Source: Phycisphaerae bacterium
Lineage (GTDB): Bacteria; Planctomycetota; Phycisphaerae; UBA1845; PWPN01
Assembly (NCBI GenBank): GCA_012729395.1
Contig: JAAYDF010000143.1
Span: forward strand, 7,971 to 71,970
DNA length: 64,000 nucleotides
Direction of reading: 5' to 3'
Below are positions 44,357 to 54,525 of this stretch, piece after piece. The stretch's first letter is position 1. Every line of letters begins with the position of its first letter. Under the pieces are notes generated by a model, which had not been told where the DNA came from, did not search any database, and saw only the letters and a program-made list of their open reading frames with translations. The translations under genes and the position numbers were made by a program.

Positions 44357-45253
44357 TCAGGAGTATATGCTCACAGGTACGGCGACGATCGCGCGGACGC
44401 GGTCCGCGAGATGGCGGAGGTGATCGTCTTCGAGCGGGGTCACATAGGATTCGGCGGTCTGGCGAGCGATGGTGTAGATCTGCACCATCTGCAGACGGCC
44501 GCCGTGAGTGATGATCTGATTCAAGCGAGCCGCGAACGCGTCCACTTCGTCATGCGGCGGCGGCTGGCCGTTCATATTCATCCACATTGATTGGATCACG
44601 ATGGGGCGAAGGCGGGCTGCCTCGGTGATATTCTCAATCACTTTCTCAAGGCTGACGTTCGGGCGGTTGACCAGCTGGAAGTGAGTCTCCGTCCCGGCGT
44701 CGAGCTTGGCCCAGATCTCACCGTTGTTGGCGTCGAGGACGGTGAGTGCCTCCCGGACCATTGGCCGGTCGAGGTAGGCGGCGTCGGTGATGAGTACGAG
44801 TCGGGTGTGGTCCAGCCCGTGGCGGTCTCGGAGTTCGGCGGTCAAGCGGACGGCGTCGAGGAATCGCGGGGACGTGGTGGGTTCACCGTCGCCGGAGAAA
44901 GCGATGTCGCGGAGCGCGCGATGCGACGGGGGTGTGCATGCCAACGGTCCCTCGGCGAAGAGCTCGCCGCTGAGCACCAATCGCACCATGGTGTCGAGTT
45001 CGAGCGAGAGGCGTTCGAGGTCGAGTTTGCGGACGACGGGTGGCACGGTTCTGTCGACCTGGCAGTAGACGCAGTTGAAATTGCAGGCTTTGTCGGGGTT
45101 CAGGTTAACGCCGATGGACAGGCCGCCGCTGCGCCGGCTGATCACGGGGTAGACGTAGAGATTCTGCTGCCAGCTGCGTGGGTGGTTGGCGAAGAGGGAA
45201 TCGAGGCGATCGGCGGGTAGCGGTGATCCGGGGGTGGAGGGGTCATTGGCCAT
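44357..45253 (-). CDS. Radical SAM protein
   Basis: CNFNCVYCQ (CxxxCxxC) cluster near the N-terminus and a GDGEPT motif. The internal ATG at 45253 is preferred. Confidence 0.75.
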   Translation of the reverse strand: MANDPSTPGSPLPADRLDSLFANHPRSWQQNLYVYPVISRRSGGLSIGVNLNPDKACNFNCVYCQVDRTVPPVVRKLDLERLSLELDTMVRLVLSGELFAEGPLACTPPSHRALRDIAFSGDGEPTTSPRFLDAVRLTAELRDRHGLDHTRLVLITDAAYLDRPMVREALTVLDANNGEIWAKLDAGTETHFQLVNRPNVSLEKVIENITEAARLRPIVIQSMWMNMNGQPPPHDEVDAFAARLNQIITHGGRLQMVQIYTIARQTAESYVTPLEDDHLRHLADRVRAIVAVPVSIYS

Positions 45254-45418
45254 TGGGGCGCATCCTGTTGGGTTGCGGGCCGCGTTCAGGGAGGGCTCGC
45301 GGCACGCCAACGGGTGATTCTAAGGGATGGGCGGACGAAAAGGCAGGTGGTGTGGCGGCGCAAGCGACAGGGGCATGCCGAGTCACACAGGCTGCCGGTG
45401 CTCCGGGCCGTAAGTGAC

Positions 45419-47326
45419 TCACGGAGCGGCGGGGCGGTAGGGGGCCTGGTACTTCTCGTTGTCCAGCCCGCGGATGGCAATGTTGTTGTAGTGCAGCAGT
45501 GTGCCCTTGCGCCGTTCGAGGTTGGTTAGTGCGATGTTGTAGTTGGCGAGCACTTGGAGGAGCGAGTCTCGCGAGGAGGCCAGCGCCTCGTGGGCATCGA
45601 GTTCGACCTGCAAGGCCGGCGGGTCCAGTCGCTCCTGGCGAGCCTTGGTGGCCCGCAGCTGGTCGCGGGTGGCCCGGGAAGCCTGCAGGGTGGGGCCGAG
45701 CTGCTCGTAGTTGGTGTGCAGATCTCGGATGGCCTGTTTGACTTCGCGGATGACGCTTTCGATCTGGCCGCGGTGGGCGGCAATTGCCTGTGCCTGCTGG
45801 AGTCTTGCACGGCGGACGGCGGCTTCGGGCCCGCGGTTCCCGATGGGCCACTCGAACTCGATGGCCAGCACATACTCGTTGAAATCGTGTTCGCTCATCT
45901 GGCTGAAGGCCCCGTACCAATGCTCGCCGAGCCCGTCGATCATGTAACGGAACATGGCGTCGAGCCGGGGCATGGCCTGGTTTTTGGCTACTCCGACCGC
46001 CAACTGGGCCTGCTCGATGGTGTGGCGGGCCTCGTGCAACTCGGACCGGTGGGTCAGCGCGGCGGAGATCTCGCCCAACTCGTCAAGCACGACGGGCTCG
46101 AGCGAAGCGGTGTCGACAGGGATGATCTCGACGTCGGCGGCGAGGTTGAGATCGGGGTCGTTCATCAGGGTTTTGAGGGCGTCTTCGGCGTTGCGGACGT
46201 CGTTGCAGCGGCGGATGAAATCGACCTTGCGTTGTTCGATCCGGCTGATGGTGAGGTTGAGTTGCACGCCGTAGACGTCGTATCCCGCCTCTTTGCGTTG
46301 TGCGAGCCAGTCGAGAATGGTTTCGAGTTCGGTGAGCAGGCGGGCGGAGACGGTGACCGCCCTGCGGGCCTTGAGCAAAGTCCAGTAGGTTTGCTCGACA
46401 TTGAAGATTGTCTCGCGGATCTCGCGGCGCAACCGCTCGACGTTGATCATGCGGTTGAGTTTCTGCATCTCGATCTGTGAGCGATTGAAGTCGAGGCCAA
46501 AGCCGCGAAGGAACGGTTGGCGGAACTCAACGATGAAGCTGTTGAAGTAGGAGGGATTGATCGTGGCGTAAGCGAGGTTGGTGTAATTTCGGCTGACGGC
46601 GTAACTGGCGCGGACCTGCATGCCGGTGGACAGGAGTTTGCGCACACCGGTCTCGAAGCTGCGGGCGTCGCTCAGTGAGCTCACCAATTGCGATGCGGTT
46701 GGGTAATCCTGCTTGGTGTAGCTGAGATTGGCGAAGTAGACGGCGTCGAACTGGGCTTCGGCTTCGACGATACGGGTGGCGTCGATCGCGGGGTTGTAGG
46801 CCTGGACCTGCAGGGCGTAGCTGTTCTGCAGGGTTCGGCGAATGGCATCGGTGAGGCTGAGCTCAGCCTGATTGGATCGGTGTATGTTGGCCGTTCTGGC
46901 CAGGATACGTTCGAGCCTGCGAGCGTGGTGGGCGGTGATATCCTGCCGCTCTCGTTCTCGGGCTTCGGGAGCGAGGGGTCGCTGGTCGAGGAGAGCGAGT
47001 TCTTCATCCCGGTCGCGTTCGAGGATGGTCTGGATATCGCGTGGGTCAGGGATTTGGGCACCGATGTCGGTGGCCGCATCGGCGGACACGGCGTTGCTGG
47101 GCCCCACCGGTCGGGCCTGCAGCTCGGCGGCGGGGCTATCAGTCTCCTGCTCCTGCTGGGCCAGCCGAGTGGCGGCGAGGTTCTGTGCCCGGGCAGCGGC
47201 GGATTGGGGAGTGACGGCGGGAGCTTCCTGCCGCGTGGAAGACTCGCATCCGCCGGCCGAGAGTGTGGCCATGATGAGGACGGCCGCCCACCGGGTCCGC
47301 CTATGAGACGATCCACGAAAAGACAT
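45419..47326 (-). CDS. TolC-family outer-membrane channel lipoprotein (no adjacent pump genes)
   Basis: AAGGAG RBS, lipobox TLSAGGC, and two long OEP-type repeats (LSLTDAIRRTLQNSYALQV...; ...AQLAVGVAKNQAMPRLD...) with coiled-coil periodicity. Confidence 0.7.
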   Translation of the reverse strand: MSFRGSSHRRTRWAAVLIMATLSAGGCESSTRQEAPAVTPQSAAARAQNLAATRLAQQEQETDSPAAELQARPVGPSNAVSADAATDIGAQIPDPRDIQTILERDRDEELALLDQRPLAPEARERERQDITAHHARRLERILARTANIHRSNQAELSLTDAIRRTLQNSYALQVQAYNPAIDATRIVEAEAQFDAVYFANLSYTKQDYPTASQLVSSLSDARSFETGVRKLLSTGMQVRASYAVSRNYTNLAYATINPSYFNSFIVEFRQPFLRGFGLDFNRSQIEMQKLNRMINVERLRREIRETIFNVEQTYWTLLKARRAVTVSARLLTELETILDWLAQRKEAGYDVYGVQLNLTISRIEQRKVDFIRRCNDVRNAEDALKTLMNDPDLNLAADVEIIPVDTASLEPVVLDELGEISAALTHRSELHEARHTIEQAQLAVGVAKNQAMPRLDAMFRYMIDGLGEHWYGAFSQMSEHDFNEYVLAIEFEWPIGNRGPEAAVRRARLQQAQAIAAHRGQIESVIREVKQAIRDLHTNYEQLGPTLQASRATRDQLRATKARQERLDPPALQVELDAHEALASSRDSLLQVLANYNIALTNLERRKGTLLHYNNIAIRGLDNEKYQAPYRPAAP

Positions 47327-47518
47327 TGGTGCTCCTTGAGGTCCGTCGGGACCAAGGGCGTTCTGAAGTCGCCCGGTTTCGTCGGCAGGGCTACACCACG
47401 GTTGTCTCGCCAACGTATGGTGAGGTCATTCTAATGGGGGCGGCGCGGGAGTCAAACGGCCGGGCGGCTGACCTGGCTCGGGGTTTCGGGTAAGATGCCC
47501 GGGTAACGAAAAGGGTTC

Positions 47519-49219
47519 GTGGGTCCGAGGACAGGCGTGTCAAGCAACCCTCAAAACGCGGCCGCGTATCATCGGTACTGCCCGGGTGAGGAGCGTATCC
47601 GAATCTCGGACGCGGTCTGCCTGGGGCGGCGGCGAAGCAACTACCCCAAGTGCAAGGGATGCCAGTTCAACGACGACGAGCGTGAGGCGGCGAAATCGGC
47701 CCCGGAAGACGAGGCGGTCCGGCCGGTGGAGGCGGCCTCCACGGTCACCGCGGGGCGTGGGCCGTTGGTGACTGCGCGGCCGGCGATGCCGCTGGCACCC
47801 AAGGCGGATCTTATCGAGTCGTTGTTTACCGCCTACGACATTCGCGGTCGGTATCCCGATCCGCTGGACGCCGAGGCCGCGTGGCGGATCGGGCAGGCGT
47901 GTGCCCAGTTCTTGCGGTCGGAGCTGCGGGGCTATGACCGGAGCCGGACGGACAAGTCGGCCGTGGTGGTCGGGCGGGATATGCGTAAGAGCAGCCGGCC
48001 GCTGGCGGAAGCGTTGATGGACGGGTTGCGGGCGGGGGGGGCGCCGGTCATCGATTTGGGTTTGATCGATACGCCGCAGCTCTGCTTTGCGGTCAACCGG
48101 TTGACTTGTTGTGGTGGGGTGCAGGTGACCGGTGGGCATCATGAGCCAGCCTACAATGGCTTCAAGATCTGCGGGCAGAAGGCCCGGCCGGTGAGCGCCA
48201 ACACGGGGTTGACCAAGGTCAGCAAGATTGCCAAGAACACATTGCGGCACACGACCGCCCAGGTGGCCGAGCTTCAGCAGGCGGATCTGACCGAGTCGTA
48301 CCGGGGTTTTGTGCGGAGCTTTCTGCGAGAAGACGACGTGCCGTTCACGCCGGAGGAGCCTTTGCGGGTGGTGGTGGACGCGTCGAACGGGATGGCCGGC
48401 CGGGCGGTTGCCCTGGTGTTTGGAGATCTCGATTGGCTGGACGTGGTGCGGTTGAACTTCGAGCACAACGGGGAATTCATCCACGGTCCAGATCCGCTGG
48501 TTGAGGAGAACCTGAGCCAGGTACGAGATCGGGTGATCCGGGCGAAGGCGGCTTTTGGGGTGTGTTTCGACGGGGACGCGGATCGGTGCGTGTTCGTGGA
48601 TCACGAGGGGCAGCCGGTGTCGGGCGATCTCGTGACCGCGCTTTTTGCCGGCCACTTCCTGAAGGAGTTTCCTGGAGCGACGATCGTGTACGACGTGCGT
48701 TGCTCGCGGGTGGTGGCGGAAGAGGTGCGTAAAGTGGGGGGTGTACCTCGCCGCGAGCGGTGCGGGTCTCCGTTTATCAAGAAGGCTCTGCTGGACACGA
48801 AGGGTGCGTTCGGCGGGCAGCTGACCGGGCATTTTTACTTCCGGGACAATTGGTGCTCGGATTCGGGTTTGATCGCGTTTGCTGCGATGGTGAACGTTCT
48901 GGGCCAATCGGGGCGGTTGCTGAAGGAGCTGATTGCTCCCTTGCGGCGATATGCCAAGTCCGCGGAGTTGAGTTTCTGCTGTGACGATCCACAGCGGACG
49001 ATGGAGCAGTTGGCGGATACATACCACGATGCGGAGATCGACTATCTGGACGGCATCACGGTTCAGTATGCGGATTGGTGGTTCAACCTGCGACCGGGCA
49101 ACACGGCCGCCGTCCTGAGGCTGAATGTGGAGGCGGCCGACGCGTCCATGCTGGCCACGAAGCTTTCCGAAATCTGCCCGCGCTTGGGCTCTCCGGTTTC
49201 CCCTGGTGAACAATCATGA
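47519..49219 (+). CDS. alpha-D-phosphohexomutase-like protein (PMM/PGM fold) with Cys4 N-terminal extension and non-canonical active-site loops
   Basis: FTAYDIRGRY, VVVGRDMR, GVQVTGGHHEPAYNGFK (in place of TxSHNP), FDGDADRCVF, FGGQLTGHFYF and LRPGNTAAVLRLNVEA. The N-terminus reads YC-x12-C-x10-CKGC. Possible GTG starts at 47519 or 47537. Confidence 0.75.
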   Translation: MGPRTGVSSNPQNAAAYHRYCPGEERIRISDAVCLGRRRSNYPKCKGCQFNDDEREAAKSAPEDEAVRPVEAASTVTAGRGPLVTARPAMPLAPKADLIESLFTAYDIRGRYPDPLDAEAAWRIGQACAQFLRSELRGYDRSRTDKSAVVVGRDMRKSSRPLAEALMDGLRAGGAPVIDLGLIDTPQLCFAVNRLTCCGGVQVTGGHHEPAYNGFKICGQKARPVSANTGLTKVSKIAKNTLRHTTAQVAELQQADLTESYRGFVRSFLREDDVPFTPEEPLRVVVDASNGMAGRAVALVFGDLDWLDVVRLNFEHNGEFIHGPDPLVEENLSQVRDRVIRAKAAFGVCFDGDADRCVFVDHEGQPVSGDLVTALFAGHFLKEFPGATIVYDVRCSRVVAEEVRKVGGVPRRERCGSPFIKKALLDTKGAFGGQLTGHFYFRDNWCSDSGLIAFAAMVNVLGQSGRLLKELIAPLRRYAKSAELSFCCDDPQRTMEQLADTYHDAEIDYLDGITVQYADWWFNLRPGNTAAVLRLNVEAADASMLATKLSEICPRLGSPVSPGEQS

Positions 49220-50469
49220 GTGTGTTTGAGGAGCGGGTCGAGCACCGCCGGCTGGATTGCGGGATCGACTTGGCGGTGATGGAGATACCCGGCCGATCGG
49301 TGGTCGCGGTGGAACTCCGCGTGCTGGCCGGATATGCCCTCGAATCCCCGGATTACCTCGGCGTGGCCTACGTCATGGACGAGGCCATCGCCAAGGGGAC
49401 GGCGAAGCGTGACGGCCGGGCGCTCAATGACGCGTTTGACGCGATCGGGGTGTCGCACAGCTCCTTTGCCGGGCGGGAGACCGCGGGTTTCTCCTGCCTG
49501 TGTCTGCCTGAGTTCCTGGACGAGGCGATTGCCCTGCACGCGGAGATGTTGCGGACGCCGGCGTTTCCGCGGGATGCGTGCGAGGTGGCGGTGGAGTTGA
49601 GCAGGCAGGCGTTGGCGGCCCTGGATGATGAGCCGCTGGATCTGGCGAAGAAACTGCTGAGTCGGCAGGCGTACGGCGAGCCGCTGGGGCGTCATGCCTT
49701 GGGCGAGTGTGCGACGCTCGATCGGATCGGGCGTGACCAGGTGGTAGAGCACTGGCAGCGATTCTTCGCGGCGGATCGGATGCTTGTGGCGGTCGCGGGG
49801 CCGGTGGAGGCGGGCCGCGTGGCGGATTTGTTCGAGCGGGCCTTTGCCGGGTTCAGGGCTCCCACGGCCAGCACCGAGATCCAGCCAGAGCCGGCTGTTC
49901 GTTTCGCGCCCGGGCGTACGCATTACCCGAAGGACTTCGAGCAGGAGCAGGTGGTGATGTGCTTTCCCGGTGCCGCGGTGACGGACGCGGACTATCCGGT
50001 GGAGTTGGTGGTGCTCGGGGCGCTGGCAGGGGGGATGAGCGGTCGCCTTTGGACCGAGGTTCGCGAGAAGCAGGGCTTGGTGTATTGGGTGAGTGCCTGG
50101 GGGGATCATCCGCGTCGCGGCGGGATGGTGCACCTGGGGGCCTCGACCACGCCGCAGCATTTGGATCGGACGTATGCCACGCTGCTGCGGGAGATCAACC
50201 GGCTGGCGGAGGATCTGACCGCCGCCGAGGTCGAGCGCGCGATCATCGGGATCGTCAGCCAGGTGCAGACGCGTGGAGACGTGACCCGGTCGCGGGCCTC
50301 GCGGCTGGTGGATGATCTGTTTTTCCATGGTCGGCCGATGGCGTTGGCGGAGAAGGTGGCCCGGGTGCGGGCGGTCACGGTGGACGCCGTGCGTCGGTAC
50401 CTGACGGCCCATCCACGTGACCGGCTCAGTGTGGTGACGCTCGGCCCACAGGATCTGCAGGCGGAATAG
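49216..50469 (+). CDS. M16-family peptidase-like subunit lacking HxxEH (non-catalytic partner)
   Basis: M16 fold pattern, but with GVAYVMDEAIAKGT where HxxEH.xxKG is expected. The ATG overlaps the upstream stop (ATGA). Confidence 0.7.
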   Translation: MSVFEERVEHRRLDCGIDLAVMEIPGRSVVAVELRVLAGYALESPDYLGVAYVMDEAIAKGTAKRDGRALNDAFDAIGVSHSSFAGRETAGFSCLCLPEFLDEAIALHAEMLRTPAFPRDACEVAVELSRQALAALDDEPLDLAKKLLSRQAYGEPLGRHALGECATLDRIGRDQVVEHWQRFFAADRMLVAVAGPVEAGRVADLFERAFAGFRAPTASTEIQPEPAVRFAPGRTHYPKDFEQEQVVMCFPGAAVTDADYPVELVVLGALAGGMSGRLWTEVREKQGLVYWVSAWGDHPRRGGMVHLGASTTPQHLDRTYATLLREINRLAEDLTAAEVERAIIGIVSQVQTRGDVTRSRASRLVDDLFFHGRPMALAEKVARVRAVTVDAVRRYLTAHPRDRLSVVTLGPQDLQAE

Positions 50470-50539
50470 GGTTGTGGCACCGGCACCTTGCTGGTGCAGC
50501 CGGTGAACGGCAAGATATGTGGATGGAATGAAGGGTGTG

Positions 50540-51781
50540 ATGTCGACGAGTCGATTCGTTCAGTTGCGTCTATCCAACGGTTTGGCGGTGGTGATCGAGG
50601 TCATGCCGCACGTTCCCTCAGTGGCTTGCGGGTTCTTGGCTCGTACGGGAGCGAGGGATGAGCATTCCGCTCTGGCCGGCGTGTCGCACTTCCTTGAGCA
50701 TATGTGCTTCAAGGGTACCGCCCGCCGCGATTGGCAGCGGATCAACATCGAGTTCGACGAGATGGGCTCGCAGTACAACGCGTACACCAGCAAAGACCGC
50801 ACGTTCTACTATGGCTGGGTGCGGGCGGAGGAACTGGAGCGGCAGTTGGATTTGTTGGCGGACATGATGCGGTCCACGCTGCCGGCCGGGGAGTTCGACG
50901 TCGAGAAGCAGGTGGTGCTCGAGGAGATCGCCATGTCAGGCGACGATCTGAGCTCCAACGCCTACGATCTATTGTACGAGTCGCTCTGCCCCGACAGCCC
51001 GCTGGCTTGGCCGGTGCTGGGATATGAGCGGACCATCCGGGAACTGAGTGTCGAGCAGATGCGAGCGTACCATGCGTCGCGTTATGCCCCGGAGAATTTG
51101 ACGCTGGTTGTGGCTGGCAGAGTCGATCCGGAGAATGTCGTGGCGATGGCGGAGCGGCTGTGCGGCGACTGGCCGGCGGTGGAGGCCGGTCCGCGCGGGC
51201 CGGCGCCGGTGCTGCGCAGCGGGGTCGCTCGGCGGTCGCTTGAGCGTTTCCACCAGCAGGCGGTGGTGCTGGCGTTTCCGGCGGCGCCGGGAACGCACGA
51301 GTTGAACGAGACCGCCGAGTCGATCGCGGCCATTCTGGGCGGCAGCAACTCTCGGTTCTATTGGAACATCATGCAGAAGGGGCTCAGCACCCAAGCGGCG
51401 GTCTTCCGCGAGGAGTACGGCGACTTCGGATTGATGGTCCTGTACGCCCTGTGTGAGCCGGCCCATTGCGAGCGGGTGCTCGAGGCCATGCGCCACGAGG
51501 CCCAGACGCTCGTCGAGCAAGGTCCGGAGCCCAAGGAGGTCCAACGGGTGAAGAACCTGCGGCGGACGTCGCTGGCGGTGGAGGCCGAGGCGCCCTTCTA
51601 TCGCCTGGGGCAGATCGTCGACGATATGGAGTATCACGGCCAGCCGCGGTCGGCGGAAGAACGGCTCGCGGCGGTCGAGCGGGTGTCCGACGAATCCATC
51701 CGCGACTACCTCCAGCAATTCCCGATCACCGGCGAGGGCTTGCTGGTTAGCGTCGGCCCGCGGGCTTGGCCGGAATCGTAA
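50540..51781 (+). CDS. M16-family zinc peptidase (catalytic subunit)
   Basis: GVSHFLEHMCFKGT (HxxEH) and a downstream E in NAYTSKDRTFYY. The start is ambiguous (50519 GTG, 50528 ATG or 50540 ATG). Confidence 0.8.
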   Translation: MSTSRFVQLRLSNGLAVVIEVMPHVPSVACGFLARTGARDEHSALAGVSHFLEHMCFKGTARRDWQRINIEFDEMGSQYNAYTSKDRTFYYGWVRAEELERQLDLLADMMRSTLPAGEFDVEKQVVLEEIAMSGDDLSSNAYDLLYESLCPDSPLAWPVLGYERTIRELSVEQMRAYHASRYAPENLTLVVAGRVDPENVVAMAERLCGDWPAVEAGPRGPAPVLRSGVARRSLERFHQQAVVLAFPAAPGTHELNETAESIAAILGGSNSRFYWNIMQKGLSTQAAVFREEYGDFGLMVLYALCEPAHCERVLEAMRHEAQTLVEQGPEPKEVQRVKNLRRTSLAVEAEAPFYRLGQIVDDMEYHGQPRSAEERLAAVERVSDESIRDYLQQFPITGEGLLVSVGPRAWPES

Positions 51782-51881
51782 ACATCCCATTCGCTCCGAC
51801 TGGCTGTTGCCGATAAACGAACCGCGGGCTTGGGTCCGCGCGGTTCTTCGACCGAGATCAACGCTTGCGTGACGTACTCGC

Positions 51882-52733
51882 TCACACGAAGTCGATGGTC
51901 TCGACGGCGGGGACGAGGCCGGCCTGGTGGCCCCGTTGAAGCAGCTCGCGGACCGCAGATCGGCCGGCTTCGCCGTAGTCCAGCGTCCAGTCGTTGACGT
52001 ACATGCCGACAAACCGGTCGGCCAGATCCGTGCCCATGTCCCGGGCGTAGGCCAGGGCGTGGGCCACCGCCTCGCGGCGATGATCGAGCGAGTAGCGGAT
52101 GCTGCGTTGCAGAATCGCGGCGATTTCCCGCATGTTTTCCGCACCGAGGTCGCGGCGGATGACATTGCCCCCGAGCGGCAGCGGCAGCCCGGTCTCGGTC
52201 TTCCACCAGACACCGAGATCAACGACAGACTCGAGCCGTTGGCGCTGGTAGGTCAGTTGGCCCTCGTGGATGATCAGCCCGGCGTCCGCCCGACCGGCGG
52301 CGACGTGCTCGAGGATGCGGTCGAAGGGCACGATCTCGTGCTCGAACGCGTCGCGGCCCAGCAGCAGGTTCAAAGCCAGAAAAGCGGTGGTCATGCGTCC
52401 GGGGACGGCGATGCGCTGGCCTCGAAGATCCTGCCATGCCATCGGCTCGCGGGCGACCACCAGCGGTCCGTATCCGTCGCCCATGCTGCTCCCGCAGTTC
52501 GTCAGGGCGTAGCGGTCGGCCACGTACGGATAGGCGTGGATGCTGATCGCGGTGATGTGCAGCTCGCCGCGCAGGGCCCGCTCGTTGAGCGTCTGGATGT
52601 CCTGCAGCACATGCTCGAACCGCCATCGACCGGCGTCCACCAGCCCCTTGGCCAGGCCGTAGAACATGAAGGCATCGTCCGGGTCCGGGCTGTGCCCCAA
52701 CAGCAGTGTCTGTGATGTGTCGTATTCGGTCAT
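51882..52733 (-). CDS. MqnA/MqnD-family protein (1,4-dihydroxy-6-naphthoate synthase-like, futalosine pathway)
   Basis: LLLGHSPDPDDAFMFYGLAKG....G.W.FEHVLQDIQTLNERAL.GELHITAIS matches the MqnD-type N-terminal pattern (LG.SPCPND.F.F.AL). Confidence 0.55.
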   Translation of the reverse strand: MTEYDTSQTLLLGHSPDPDDAFMFYGLAKGLVDAGRWRFEHVLQDIQTLNERALRGELHITAISIHAYPYVADRYALTNCGSSMGDGYGPLVVAREPMAWQDLRGQRIAVPGRMTTAFLALNLLLGRDAFEHEIVPFDRILEHVAAGRADAGLIIHEGQLTYQRQRLESVVDLGVWWKTETGLPLPLGGNVIRRDLGAENMREIAAILQRSIRYSLDHRREAVAHALAYARDMGTDLADRFVGMYVNDWTLDYGEAGRSAVRELLQRGHQAGLVPAVETIDFV

Positions 52734-52935
52734 GATCCCTCGGGTTGTGTAACGCGTTGAGCCTTACTGGCGAAGCAGACTATGGCGTGCATCATAGCTT
52801 GCTCGCGGACCGGCCGCCAGAAAAGCAGCCCCGCTTCTCAATGATCACCTTATGTCGAAGGTGGCGGTCTTGGGGATCGCTGCCAGGACATGTTTGCATA
52901 TCACGCCGTGTGGGCGGGTGTGTTTCCGCTGTCGA

Positions 52936-54015
52936 TCACCGGTTGAGTTTGAGGAGCTGGTCGAGCTCGCGCGGCGCGTTTGTGGCGGTGATGGTGCAGC
53001 GATGGACGACCGATTCTCCGGGCTGCAGCTCCGCGTACCATCCGCGCTGGCGGTCGGAGGGTCGGCCCTCGACGCCGGCGGTCATGGGTTCGAGGGCGCC
53101 GGTGTACGAGCCGCAGGGGCCCCAGTGTTGCCAGTTGCCGAGCCGGGCGAAGTCTTTCGCCGGGTACTCGATGCGGACGCCGAAACCGCGTTTTCGGTTG
53201 ACCACGCCGGCGGTGACAAGTCCTTTCGCGTCGGCGGGCGGGGCGATGTAGGTGAAGACCTCGCCGCGGCCGCGGTGGTTCTCCTGCGGGGCGGGGGCGG
53301 CGCGGAAGTCTTCGCGTTTGCCGAACCAGTCTTCGCTGTCGCTGCGGTAGGTGAGCTTCCCGCGGTAACAGTAGGTGCTGGCTCCGGGCTCGAGCAGGGG
53401 GTACCCAAAGTTGATGTGCAGGAGCCATGCGTGTGCCACGGGGCGGTTGTCGCGATTGAGGAACTCGTCGTGGACGCGGATGGTGGGCTCGCCGAGCGTG
53501 CTGCTGATGGTTCGGCGGAGCTCGACGTTGGGGCCGAAGACCCGGGCGGTGCGGATGATGGCGGTGATGCTCATCTCCAGGCGTTGGCGGGCGAGGTCGG
53601 GATTGATGATGGACTCGACGGTGGCCCGGGAGTGCGAATGGGTGCCGTGCAGGCCGAACGCGGCACCGTCCTCGACGAAGGGGCCGCCGGTGTTAAGTGG
53701 GCCGCAACTGACCAGCAGCCCGCCGTAGAAGCCGCGGAGCCATTCCAAGTCGTGGTTGTAGCTGTGCGAAGGGGCGGTCACGCCGGTGTAGGAATGCCAG
53801 GTGAGCGACTGGCCGAGAAACTCGGCGTCGGCGATGTCCAGGCCGCGGTCGATGACCACCTTGTATCGCAGACCCGCCCCGGTGTTGATCCAGGCGATGC
53901 GTACGCCCTTCCCGGGGCCGTTGTCGAGCACGGAGGTTTCGATGCCGCCCAACTGAGCGGGGTTCATCACGGGCACGTCGGTAGAGGATTGGGTTTTGCG
54001 GGCAGTTTTGGCCAT
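52936..54015 (-). CDS. Aldose-1-epimerase-fold protein (DUF4432-like)
   Basis: VLDNGPGKGVRIAWINTGAGLRYKVVIDRGLDIADAEFLGQSLTWHS...GLHG resembles DUF4432/mutarotase-like proteins. The ATG at 54015 (MAKTARK) is preferred. Confidence 0.5.
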   Translation of the reverse strand: MAKTARKTQSSTDVPVMNPAQLGGIETSVLDNGPGKGVRIAWINTGAGLRYKVVIDRGLDIADAEFLGQSLTWHSYTGVTAPSHSYNHDLEWLRGFYGGLLVSCGPLNTGGPFVEDGAAFGLHGTHSHSRATVESIINPDLARQRLEMSITAIIRTARVFGPNVELRRTISSTLGEPTIRVHDEFLNRDNRPVAHAWLLHINFGYPLLEPGASTYCYRGKLTYRSDSEDWFGKREDFRAAPAPQENHRGRGEVFTYIAPPADAKGLVTAGVVNRKRGFGVRIEYPAKDFARLGNWQHWGPCGSYTGALEPMTAGVEGRPSDRQRGWYAELQPGESVVHRCTITATNAPRELDQLLKLNR

Positions 54016-54525
54016 GGCGGGTGCTCCTGCGAATCGATCCACCAGACAGATCGCTTGTTGTCCACCGCCCCTTCGCCGCCGAGCGACGGTTGTGTCGGTG
54101 TCGGGCTGCGGGGGCACGCTGATTGACGGTGGGCATTCTACGGCCGAGAAGCGCGAACGCCAAGCCGACCATGTGGCAGTTGCGGTTCTTGCGTCCGGTC
54201 TGTGGCACGAGGTGTCTTGAGTATGCGGCGCTGCCGCTGTCTGCGGACTGGGCGCCGACGATGTGAATCACGGGCGCGCCGCGGGTTTGATGCGCATACG
54301 GCAAAGGGTATTTTTTTCTTCTGACACATGAGGATTTCATTGGGCAGCACTCGACGCGATGCCTACGATGACACCTGAGTAGCAAGGGTATCGAGAGATT
54401 CGAGGCAGGATGAGAGCGAAAACCGTAGTGCATGTCAGCGTCCTCGGGATCGCCGGGGACTTCCATCGATTCAGTCGACCGACCGACCGGGTGTGCTGGT
54501 CGGGGGCGATAATAGGAGGTATGTG

